A program made the position numbers and the translations under genes. The notes under the pieces are model-generated. The model saw nothing but the letters and a program-made list of their open reading frames with translations, had not been told where the DNA came from and searched no databases. Of a stretch of 32,000 bases of DNA, positions 24,714 to 32,000 are shown one piece after another; position 1 is the first letter of the stretch; every line of letters begins with the position of its first letter. Origin of the DNA: Mucisphaera calidilacus. Its GTDB lineage: Bacteria; Planctomycetota; Phycisphaerae; Phycisphaerales; Phycisphaeraceae. The stretch is from assembly GCF_007748075.1 (NCBI RefSeq), contig NZ_CP036280.1, forward strand, positions 2,070,001 to 2,102,000, given 5' to 3'.

Positions 24714-25937
24714 ATGCTGAATCGATGGTTGATGGTGCTGGTTGCTGTCTGTGGTGCCGCCCTGCTCTCGGGGTGCGCGACGGGCGGTTCGAAGGCGGTG
24801 GTGCACGATGCGCAGGTGCTCAATGGCATCGACGTGCTGGTGCGGAACGGGTTTGACGTGCTGGAGGGTCAGCGTGTCGGTCTGATCACGAACCACACGG
24901 GGCTGAGCCGCGAGGGTCGTTCAACGATCGAGCTGTTCAACGAGGCGGAGAACCTGGAGCTGGTGACGCTGTTCAGCCCGGAGCATGGCCTCAAGGGCGA
25001 GCTGGACCGGAAGGTGGAGGACTCGGAGGACCCGCTGACGGGTCTGAAGGTTTACAGCCTGTATGGCAAGAACTTCAAGCCGACGCCTGAGATGCTCGAG
25101 GGGCTTGATGTGCTGGTGTTTGATATTCAGGACATCGGCACGCGTTTCTATACGTATATCGCGACGATGGGTCACGCGATGGACGCGGCGGGCGATGCGG
25201 GTGTGAAGTTCGTGGTGCTGGACCGCCCGAACCCGATCCGAGGCGACCGCGTGTTCGGGCCGATCAACGATGTTGACGGGAAGCTGACGGCGTATCACCC
25301 GTCGCCTCTGGTGCACGGCATGACGGTGGGCGAGCTGGCGATGATGTTCAACGCGGAGCGTGAGCTGGGCGCGGACCTGACGGTGGTGCACATGGAGGGT
25401 TGGCGTCGTGATCTGTGGTTTGATCAGACGAATCAGGTGTGGGTGAATCCTTCGCCGAACATGCGTTCGCTGACGCAGGCGACGCTTTACCCGGGGATCG
25501 GTCTGGTGGAGGCGTGCCGGGTTTCGGTGGGCCGTGGGACGGATACGCCTTTCGAGGTGTTTGGTGCGCCGTGGATTGAGCCTTTGTCGCTGGCGGCGCG
25601 GCTGAACAGTCTGAATCTGCCTGGCGTTCGTTTCGTGCCTTACCGTTTTACGCCTGACGCGAGCAAGTTCAAGGGCGAGGCATGCGGCGGCGTGCAGGTG
25701 ATTCTGACGGATCGCGAGGCGTTCGAGCCGATCCAGACGGGACTGTCGATCGTGCGTGAGCTGCGGCTGCTGTTCGGTGACGACTTTGATGTGGATAAGG
25801 TGAACCGCCTGCTCTTCGAGGAGGCGGTGTTGGAGCACGTGAAGGCGTCGCAGTGGCCGGAGGATTACAGGGTGCTGTGGGCTGAGCCGCTGGAGGCGTT
25901 CATGGCGGTTCGCGCGGGGTACCTGATTTACGAGTGA
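24714..25937 (+). CDS. DUF1343 family lipoprotein (NamZ-like exo-beta-N-acetylmuramidase family)
   Basis: Lipobox LLSGC, plus the family-typical VLNGIDVL...GQRVGLITNHTG...LFSPEHGLKGE...FDIQDIGTRFYTY. Confidence 0.85.
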   Translation: MLNRWLMVLVAVCGAALLSGCATGGSKAVVHDAQVLNGIDVLVRNGFDVLEGQRVGLITNHTGLSREGRSTIELFNEAENLELVTLFSPEHGLKGELDRKVEDSEDPLTGLKVYSLYGKNFKPTPEMLEGLDVLVFDIQDIGTRFYTYIATMGHAMDAAGDAGVKFVVLDRPNPIRGDRVFGPINDVDGKLTAYHPSPLVHGMTVGELAMMFNAERELGADLTVVHMEGWRRDLWFDQTNQVWVNPSPNMRSLTQATLYPGIGLVEACRVSVGRGTDTPFEVFGAPWIEPLSLAARLNSLNLPGVRFVPYRFTPDASKFKGEACGGVQVILTDREAFEPIQTGLSIVRELRLLFGDDFDVDKVNRLLFEEAVLEHVKASQWPEDYRVLWAEPLEAFMAVRAGYLIYE

Positions 25938-25955
25938 GTTAGACTTAGCGATCGG

Positions 25956-26029
25956 GCTCCCGTAGCTCAGCTGGATAGAGCAGGGCTTTCCTAAAGCTCA
26001 GGTCAGAGGTTCGAATCCTCTCGGGAGCG
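25956..26029 (+). tRNA. tRNA-Arg (anticodon CCT)
   Basis: Hand-folded cloverleaf: acceptor GCTCCCG/CGGGAGC, D arm GCTC-AGCTGGATA-GAGC, anticodon arm GGGCT-TTCCTAA-AGCTC, T arm AGAGG-TTCGAAT-CCTCT. 74 nt. Confidence 0.93.
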
Positions 26030-26279
26030 CTTTGGTTTCTGGGGGTTGCGATTGGGAATGGCGTGGGGTTAGAGATGGGTCCTGTCGAGCCATGCAGTCT
26101 CTGGGTTCGCATCGTCTCCTGTTGTGTGTGATCACCAGGGGGCGGGCTTGATCAGGGTTTCGCGCGGTGGATTTAGCAGGTTCCTAACGGGGTTCGCTGC
26201 GATAGCGGTGATAGCATTCGTTGCACGGCGTATCGGGATGCGCTGTCAGAAATGTCTATCGCACGATCAGGAGATGAAG

Positions 26280-27740
26280 ATGATTCAGCGCGCTGCCTTG
26301 CACCTTGTCGGAGCCGCGATGCTCGGTACGACCGCTTCGACCGCGTTCGGGACGAGCTCGTTTTCGCTTGCCGTCATCCCGGACACGCAGATCCAGTCTC
26401 TGAATGACACCTGGGTCGAGTCGTTCCGTGATCAGACGCGTTGGATCCGTGACAACTACGTGCCTGAGAACATCGTGCTGGCGACGCACGTCGGCGACGT
26501 CGTTCAGGGCGAGCTTGCGGGTCTTGAGCAGATTATTCCGCAGTATTCGTGGCAGGCCCAGTTGCTGCGGAGTGACGATGTGCTAGGCGCGTTGGACGAG
26601 GCGAACGTCGGCGGCTCGCTGGCTTATTCGGTGTCCTCGGGCAACCACGACTACCTGCCGACGGGTGACAAGGTGAACGGCGACGATCCGATTTCGCCGA
26701 CTGGTTTTACGACTTACTACGGGCCGGACCGCTACGCCGGCTACGACTGGTATGGTGGCGGTGACTCGACGGGCTTCAATCACTACCAGATGTTCGAGGC
26801 TAACGGGCACACGTACCTGCACCTGAACCTGGAGTATGAACCGGAGAACGCCGAACTCGACAGTGAATTGGACCGAGGGGGTTTTGCGGATGCGATCGAC
26901 TGGGCACAGTCGATCATCGGTGCGAACCCGGGCGTTCCGACGATCATCTCCACGCACAAGTATCTGACCGATCTTGAGCCGGATGGTTTCGACGCCACCG
27001 GGTATCAGGGTGACGGCTTTGATGACACGTTCGGCGGCGAGCGTACGTCGACCGGCGACGCGTTGTGGGAGGGGCTGATCCGCTCGAACCCGCAGGTCTT
27101 CATGACGATCAACGGGCACGACCATGAGGGTCCGTACCGTGAGGACGGCGAGTACGCACAGGTGAGTATCAACGACGCGGGTCTTCCGGTGTATGAGATC
27201 CTCGCCGACTATCAGGATTATGTGAACCCTCTGACGGGCAGCGACCCGTACCTGCGTCTGATCGAGTTCGACCCCGAGGCTGGTACGATCAGCAACAAGA
27301 CGTTCAGTCCGACGTTCGCGGCATTCCTCGACAATCCGAGTCTGATTATCGATCGGCTTGATGGTCTTCTGGATGAGTTTGAGGCGGGTCTGCCGATCGG
27401 TGCCTACCTCGGCGAGGACTTCGTTCAGATTGTGCTCTCCGCGGATATCCCGGGCTACGACTCACTCGCGGCGACACTGAACGCGACGCTGGGCGCGGGA
27501 TTGCCGTTTGACTTCGCGTTGTTGGGTGACCGCGCGATGGCGGAGCAGGTGATCCTCGGGTTCTTCGGTCTCACGGATCGTGCCGACCTCGCGACTGTTG
27601 AATTCAGCCCTTATCTCACGGATGCGGACAGCGAGTTCGTGTTCAACGTGCTTTTTGACGCCAACGGTCGGCCGGTCCCGGAACCTGCCTCGATGGCCTT
27701 GCTGGCGTTGGGTGGGCTTGCCCTGCTTCGGCGGGGTTGA
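26280..27740 (+). CDS. secreted calcineurin-like metallophosphoesterase with C-terminal PEP-CTERM sorting signal
   Basis: Phosphoesterase motifs (AVIPDTQ, HVGDVV, SGNHDY, STHKY, INGHDHEG). The C-terminus is PVPEPASMALLALGGLALLRRG. AGGAG (26269-26273) favours ATG 26280 over 26274. Confidence 0.75.
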   Translation: MIQRAALHLVGAAMLGTTASTAFGTSSFSLAVIPDTQIQSLNDTWVESFRDQTRWIRDNYVPENIVLATHVGDVVQGELAGLEQIIPQYSWQAQLLRSDDVLGALDEANVGGSLAYSVSSGNHDYLPTGDKVNGDDPISPTGFTTYYGPDRYAGYDWYGGGDSTGFNHYQMFEANGHTYLHLNLEYEPENAELDSELDRGGFADAIDWAQSIIGANPGVPTIISTHKYLTDLEPDGFDATGYQGDGFDDTFGGERTSTGDALWEGLIRSNPQVFMTINGHDHEGPYREDGEYAQVSINDAGLPVYEILADYQDYVNPLTGSDPYLRLIEFDPEAGTISNKTFSPTFAAFLDNPSLIIDRLDGLLDEFEAGLPIGAYLGEDFVQIVLSADIPGYDSLAATLNATLGAGLPFDFALLGDRAMAEQVILGFFGLTDRADLATVEFSPYLTDADSEFVFNVLFDANGRPVPEPASMALLALGGLALLRRG

Positions 27741-27842
27741 GTCCTCTGGGCCGGAGCGTTGTTGGGCGGTGAGAATCGCAGACGTTGGGGGTAGGTGCGC
27801 TTGTGCGCGGCGAAACCCGCCGGGGGCTTCTTTGATCGTTAA

Positions 27843-27915
27843 TGGGAGCGGCAGGATTCGAACCCGCGACCGAGCGATTATGAGTCGCCTGCTCTAACCA
27901 CTGAGCTACGCTCCC
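27843..27915 (-). tRNA. tRNA with anticodon CAT (elongator Met, or Ile2 if lysidine-modified)
   Basis: The minus-strand cloverleaf has acceptor GGGAGCG/CGCTCCC, an anticodon loop CTCATAA and a T loop TTCGAAT. It lacks the initiator hallmarks (paired 1:72, no GGG/CCC anticodon stem). Confidence 0.9.
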
Positions 27916-27968
27916 GCCGGGGCGAGTATAGTCCCATGTGACCTGTGGCAGGACAAGGAGCGTTGGCT

Positions 27969-28982
27969 ATGCGTTTGTGGACGAGCTGGATGGTGTCGGG
28001 GCTGTTGGCGGTGTGTGTTCTGGTTGTGGGGTGCGGGCCGGCGACGTTTGTGGTGGGGGTGACGCCTGGCGACCGTGAGCTGACGGAGACGGTGGTGGTG
28101 AATGACCGTGGCTGGCGGACGCGGGTGGCGATGATCGACGTGTCGGGGGTGATCACGAACGGGCGTCAGGACGGGTTGTTCATGGAGGGGATCAATCCGG
28201 TGGCGGAGCTGCATGAGAAGCTGGCGCGGGCGGCGCGGGATGATCGGGTGTGTGCTGTGGTGCTGCGGATCAATTCTCCCGGGGGGACGGTGACGGCGAG
28301 CGAGGCGATGCACGGCGAGCTGGTGCGTTTCCGCGAGCGGACGGGCAAGCCTGTGGTGGTGGCGATGATGGACGTTGCGGCGAGCGGGGGCTATTACCTG
28401 GCGTGCGGGGCGGACCGGATCGTGGCTTATCCGTCGACGGTGACGGGGAGCATCGGCGTCATCATGCAGACGGTGAGTCTGAAGCCGGCGATGGACCGGA
28501 TCGGTGTGGAGGCGACGACGATCCGCAGCGGGCCGATCAAGGGTGCGGGTTCGCCGTTGATGGAGATGACGCAGGAGCAGCGGGCGGTGTTTCAGGGGAT
28601 GATCGACGCGTTCCACGAGCAGTTTGTGAGCGTGGTGGATGCGGGTCGGTCGGGTCTGAGCCGTGCCGAGGTGAAGAAGCTTGCGGATGGCCGTGTGTAC
28701 ACGGGCGAGCAGGCGGCGGAGGTGGGTCTGATCGACGGGCTGGGGGATATTTATTCGGCGTACGCGGATGCCAAGCGTCTGGCGGGCGTGAAACACGCGG
28801 ACCTGGTGCTGTATCACCGGCCGCTGGATTATGTGGCTTCGCCTTATGCGATGGACCCGTCGCGGGGGACGGGTTCGGGTGAGACGACGATCAATTTGTT
28901 GTCGCTTCGGATTGATCGGTCATCGTTGCTGGGTTCGCCGGTGACGTTCGGCTACCTGTGGACGGTGGACGGGCTGGAGTGA
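27969..28982 (+). CDS. sppA: signal peptide peptidase SppA (S49, 36K type)
   Basis: Contains VVLRINSPGGTVTAS and MDVAASGGYYLACGADRIVAYPSTVTGSIGV. AAGGAG lies 8 nt upstream of ATG 27969. Confidence 0.9.
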   Translation: MRLWTSWMVSGLLAVCVLVVGCGPATFVVGVTPGDRELTETVVVNDRGWRTRVAMIDVSGVITNGRQDGLFMEGINPVAELHEKLARAARDDRVCAVVLRINSPGGTVTASEAMHGELVRFRERTGKPVVVAMMDVAASGGYYLACGADRIVAYPSTVTGSIGVIMQTVSLKPAMDRIGVEATTIRSGPIKGAGSPLMEMTQEQRAVFQGMIDAFHEQFVSVVDAGRSGLSRAEVKKLADGRVYTGEQAAEVGLIDGLGDIYSAYADAKRLAGVKHADLVLYHRPLDYVASPYAMDPSRGTGSGETTINLLSLRIDRSSLLGSPVTFGYLWTVDGLE

Positions 28983-30584
28983 TCAGTCGGAGAGGGTGCG
29001 GAGGAGTTGCTGGAGGGTGTGGAGTTGGTCGGCTTCTTCGTGTTTTTTGTCGGTGCGCCAGCGAAGGATGCGGGGGAAACGCAGGGCGATGCCTGAGCGG
29101 TGTCGTTTCGAGGCCTGGATGCCCTCGAAGGCGATCTCGAAGACGTGTTCGGCTTTGACGGTGTGGACGGGGCCGTGTCGAGCGGTGGTGTTGGCGCGGA
29201 CCCATCTGGTGATGGTCTCGAGTTCCTTGTTGGTGAGTCCGGAGTAGGCTTTGGCGACGGTGACGAGTTGGTCGTCGTCCCAGAGTGCGAGGGTGAAGTC
29301 GCTGAAGAGTCCGGCGCGTTCGCCGTGGCCGTGCTGGGCGGCGACGAGGACGGCGTCGACGGTGTGGGGAGCGATCTTCCATTTCCACCAGATGCCTGTT
29401 TTGCGTCCGGAGGCGTAGCTGCTGTCGTGTCGCTTGAGCATGAGTCCCTCGACGCGTCGGTCGCGGGCCTCTTCGCGGAGGGCGGCGAGCTGTGCCCATG
29501 TGTCGAAAGCGATGGATTCCGAGAGCACGAGGAGTGGGTCGTCGGTCTGGCTGACGTGGTGCTCGAGGCGTGCGCGGCGGCGGGTGAAGGGTTGGTCGCG
29601 GAGGTCGTCGCCTCGGTCTTCGAGCAGGTCGTAGGCGACGAATCGGACGGGGATCTCGGGCCCGAAGAGTGTGGGGCGAACGTCGGTGCGGTTGAGTCGT
29701 CGCTGAAGGGTGTTGAAGGCGTGGGGCCGGTCGTGGTCGTGGTCCCAAGCGAGGATCTCGCCGTCGAGGACGGTGCCGGGAGGGAGTTGTCGTCCGAGTT
29801 CGATGAGTTCGGGGAAGGCCTTATCGATGGTCTCGTCGCCTCGTGACCAGAGGCCGACGCCTGGCTTGCGGTGGATGAGTTGGGCGCGGATGCCGTCCCA
29901 TTTCCACTCGGCGGCGAAGTCCCGGGGGCTGCCGAGCGCGTCGGGCGAACTGTCGTGCTGGGTGGCGAGGCAGAAGGGGTAGGGACGCATGGCGTCGAGG
30001 GCGGGGTCGCCTTCGATGATCATGCGGTAGGCGGTGGGCGTGGGCTCCCAGCGTCCGGTGAGTCGATGGGCGACGACTTCGGGCTGCTGGTCGAAGGCGC
30101 TGGCGAGGCCTCGGACAAGTAGTCGCTGGCCGACACCGATGCGCAGGGAGCCGGAGATGAGTTTGTGAAAGACGAATCGCTGCCAGGGGTCGAGTTGGTC
30201 CCATGCCTGATTAAGGAGGGAGCGTTTGGTTTTCTCGTCGGCCTGTGGGAGCGGTAGGAGGTAGTGTTCGACGAGTTGGTGGAGGGGTGGCGGGTCGGCG
30301 TCGGGGTTGGGAGGAAGGAGGAGTGCGAGTGTTTCGCCGAGGTCACCAACCATCTGTCGGCAGGGCGGGATGATCCAGTCGGGGAGGTTGCTGCGTCGCG
30401 CGGCTTCCTGCTGCATGAGCTTGTAACTGATGGCGCGTTTGATGCGTCGTCCGGCGAGGAAGTAGAGGGTCCAGGCGGCGTCCTCGGGCGGGGCGTCGGC
30501 GAAGTAGTCGCGGAGGGCGTCGCGTTTCTCGTTGGTGCGCGTGGTCTGGTCGAGTCGTCGGTAGAGGTCGGCGAGGCGTTTCAT
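28983..30584 (-). CDS. ATP-dependent DNA ligase (ligase-associated DNA damage response type)
   Basis: Adenylation motif I is EWKWDGIR. Its size and N-terminus (MKRLADLYRRLDQTTRTNEKRDALRDYF) are typical of the ligase found next to the MBL exonuclease. It overlaps that gene by 4 nt. Confidence 0.9.
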   Translation of the reverse strand: MKRLADLYRRLDQTTRTNEKRDALRDYFADAPPEDAAWTLYFLAGRRIKRAISYKLMQQEAARRSNLPDWIIPPCRQMVGDLGETLALLLPPNPDADPPPLHQLVEHYLLPLPQADEKTKRSLLNQAWDQLDPWQRFVFHKLISGSLRIGVGQRLLVRGLASAFDQQPEVVAHRLTGRWEPTPTAYRMIIEGDPALDAMRPYPFCLATQHDSSPDALGSPRDFAAEWKWDGIRAQLIHRKPGVGLWSRGDETIDKAFPELIELGRQLPPGTVLDGEILAWDHDHDRPHAFNTLQRRLNRTDVRPTLFGPEIPVRFVAYDLLEDRGDDLRDQPFTRRRARLEHHVSQTDDPLLVLSESIAFDTWAQLAALREEARDRRVEGLMLKRHDSSYASGRKTGIWWKWKIAPHTVDAVLVAAQHGHGERAGLFSDFTLALWDDDQLVTVAKAYSGLTNKELETITRWVRANTTARHGPVHTVKAEHVFEIAFEGIQASKRHRSGIALRFPRILRWRTDKKHEEADQLHTLQQLLRTLSD

Positions 30585-31585
30585 GGAGCGGCCTCGTCGT
30601 GGTGTCGTGTGGTTGCGATAGCGAAAGCGTCGACGCCTGATTCGCGGAGGTATCGGACAAGGGTTTCGGTGTTGCCGTGGGTCAGGCCGACGCGTCGGGC
30701 GCCGGTGTCGCGGATGGTCTGGAGGAGACCGGGCCAGTCGGCGTGGTCGGAGATGACGAAGCCTCGGTCGAGGGCGTCGTGTCGTCGTCGGCCGCGGACG
30801 GTCATCCAGCCGGAGGCGGCGGCGGTTGAGACAGGAGTGAGTTTCCGTATCCAGGTGGTGTTGCGGGCGGCGGGCGGTGCGAGAACGAGTGCTCGGCCTT
30901 TGAGTTCTGCGGCGTTGCGGGCGTCAAGTTTGGTCCAGTCGGGGAGGGAGATGCCCAGGTCGCGGTAGAGCTTGTTGAGGGGGTGGATGCTGCCGTGGAC
31001 GGCAACGGGGCCGATGGTGGGGTCGATGGCGGCGAGGATGCGTTGGGCTTTGCCGAGCGCGTAGACGGAGAGGACGGCGGTGCGTTGCTGTGCCTGGCAG
31101 TCGCGCCACCATTGGTTGATGTCGTTGAAGACGTGTTCGGGTTCGGGCCAGCGGTAGATGGGCAGGCCGAAGGTGCACTCGGAGATGAGGACGTCGCAGG
31201 GAACGACCTCGAAGGGTGCGCAGGTCGGGTCGGGGTGTCGTTTGTAGTCGCCGGTGACGACCCAGACGTGGTGGTCGTGTTCGACACGGACCTGTGTGGA
31301 GCCGAGGAGGTGGCCGGCGGGGTGGAGGGAGACCCGGGTGTCACGAAGGTCGATGGTTTCGCCTGGCTCGAGTGTGGTGGTGTTGATGGTTTTGCCGAGG
31401 CGATGGCGGAGGATGGGTGCGGTCTGCGGCGAGCAGATGTAGCGGTGTGAGCCGGCGCGGGCGTGGTCGCTGTGGCCGTGGGTGATGACGGCGGTGCGGA
31501 CGGGTCGTGTGGGGTCGATGCAGAATTCGCCAAGGCTGCAGTTCAGTCCGGCCGTGGTTGCCTGAATGAGTTCGTGATGGCTCAC
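30581..31585 (-). CDS. metallo-beta-lactamase / beta-CASP fold exonuclease (ligase-associated DNA damage response exonuclease-like)
   Basis: Contains the ITHGHSDHAR motif. It has a GTG start and is translationally coupled to the ligase gene. Confidence 0.85.
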   Translation of the reverse strand: MSHHELIQATTAGLNCSLGEFCIDPTRPVRTAVITHGHSDHARAGSHRYICSPQTAPILRHRLGKTINTTTLEPGETIDLRDTRVSLHPAGHLLGSTQVRVEHDHHVWVVTGDYKRHPDPTCAPFEVVPCDVLISECTFGLPIYRWPEPEHVFNDINQWWRDCQAQQRTAVLSVYALGKAQRILAAIDPTIGPVAVHGSIHPLNKLYRDLGISLPDWTKLDARNAAELKGRALVLAPPAARNTTWIRKLTPVSTAAASGWMTVRGRRRHDALDRGFVISDHADWPGLLQTIRDTGARRVGLTHGNTETLVRYLRESGVDAFAIATTRHHDEAAP

Positions 31586-31594
31586 GCTCTGATG

Positions 31595-32000
31595 TTAGGA
31601 GCGGTTGCGGTAGAGGTCGGGGTCGACGGCGCTGACGATGGCGTCGGTGTTGAGGCCGCCGAGGAAGGCGTCGAGTTGTTGAGCGACGTCTGCGGGGTTG
31701 GTGATGGCGTCGCGGTGGTTGATGTCGAGGAGGGTCATCTCGGGTCGGGCGGCGATGGTGGCGCGGGCCTGAGCGAGTTGGGATTCAAAGACCGGTTTGA
31801 GCCGTGCGGGTTCGGCGACGGGTTTGCCGGAGCGCTGGAGCATGGCGGCCTGTGAGGCGAGGACCTCGTCGAGGTCGCGGTTCATCATGACGATGCGGTA
31901 TCGGTGGTCGGGAGGGAGGTCGCCAAGGAGCAGGTGGATGACCTTGATGACTCTGCCATGGGCCTCGGCGAGCCATGCGTGATCGGATGACTGTTTGAGT
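31595..32000 (-). CDS. sulfotransferase family protein, C-terminal part (5' end outside window)
   Basis: I extended the frame by hand to the window edge without meeting a stop (..VIKVIHLLLGDLPPDHRYRIVMMNRDLDEVLASQAAMLQRSG...DPDLYRNRS). The RDLDEVLASQ..ML and LYRNR endings match my memory of this sulfotransferase family. Confidence 0.55.
   Translation of the reverse strand, partial: LKQSSDHAWLAEAHGRVIKVIHLLLGDLPPDHRYRIVMMNRDLDEVLASQAAMLQRSGKPVAEPARLKPVFESQLAQARATIAARPEMTLLDINHRDAITNPADVAQQLDAFLGGLNTDAIVSAVDPDLYRNRS

Noticed and set aside
23084-24829. 581-aa ORF on the - strand, antisense to pgi. Similar R/H/P/Q-rich ORFs occur at 10676..11785, 15294..16280, 16360..17205, 24921..25838, 27906..28817 and 28891..29748.
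   Set aside because: These are Arg/His/Pro/Gln-rich shadow frames opposite well-supported genes. None has a recognisable domain.
25956-27915. tRNA-flanked genomic island or integrative element
   Set aside because: There is no integrase, no direct repeat of a tRNA 3' end, and only one cargo gene. It is kept only as a low-interest observation.
1-32000. CRISPR arrays, IS elements, transposases, prophage genes
   Set aside because: No regularly spaced direct repeats, terminal inverted repeats or recombinase-like ORFs were seen on either strand.

Overview
GC-rich bacterial chromosomal window, mostly housekeeping genes. A PEP-CTERM anchor, many lipoproteins, weak Shine-Dalgarno use and scrambled operon order suggest a PVC/Planctomycetota-like organism (inference only). 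Supported content, in order: nitroreductase; two LMW-PTP/ArsC-fold genes, one lacking its catalytic cysteines; a DinG-family helicase behind a small 4-TM protein; a lower-GC orphan gene; rplK-rplA-rplJ-rplL; tRNA-Phe; an SRP RNA-dnaX-ybaB block; a PIN/TRAM (YacL-like) protein; a parDE toxin-antitoxin pair; sucD; queF; gatCA; a ROK kinase; yjbQ; glmS; an M14 carboxypeptidase; dus; pgi; a DUF1343/NamZ-like lipoprotein; tRNA-Arg; a PEP-CTERM metallophosphoesterase; tRNA-Met; sppA; and an MBL exonuclease plus ATP-dependent DNA ligase pair preceded by a sulfotransferase-like gene. No CRISPR array, transposase or integrase is visible, and I see no clear multi-gene novel defence-type system. The strongest signal is in dnaX. 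The gene is interrupted at an A10 tract carrying the E. coli slippery heptamer A AAA AAG, and the tau C-terminal domain is open in the -1 frame. Secondary candidates are a promoter-to-terminator unit of about 80 nt that looks like an sRNA, the self-contained orphan gene where rpoBC normally follows rplL, a cysteine-less LMW-PTP paralogue, and a three-cysteine DinG coupled to a membrane protein. All product calls come from reading the translated ORFs by eye; no database search was possible.
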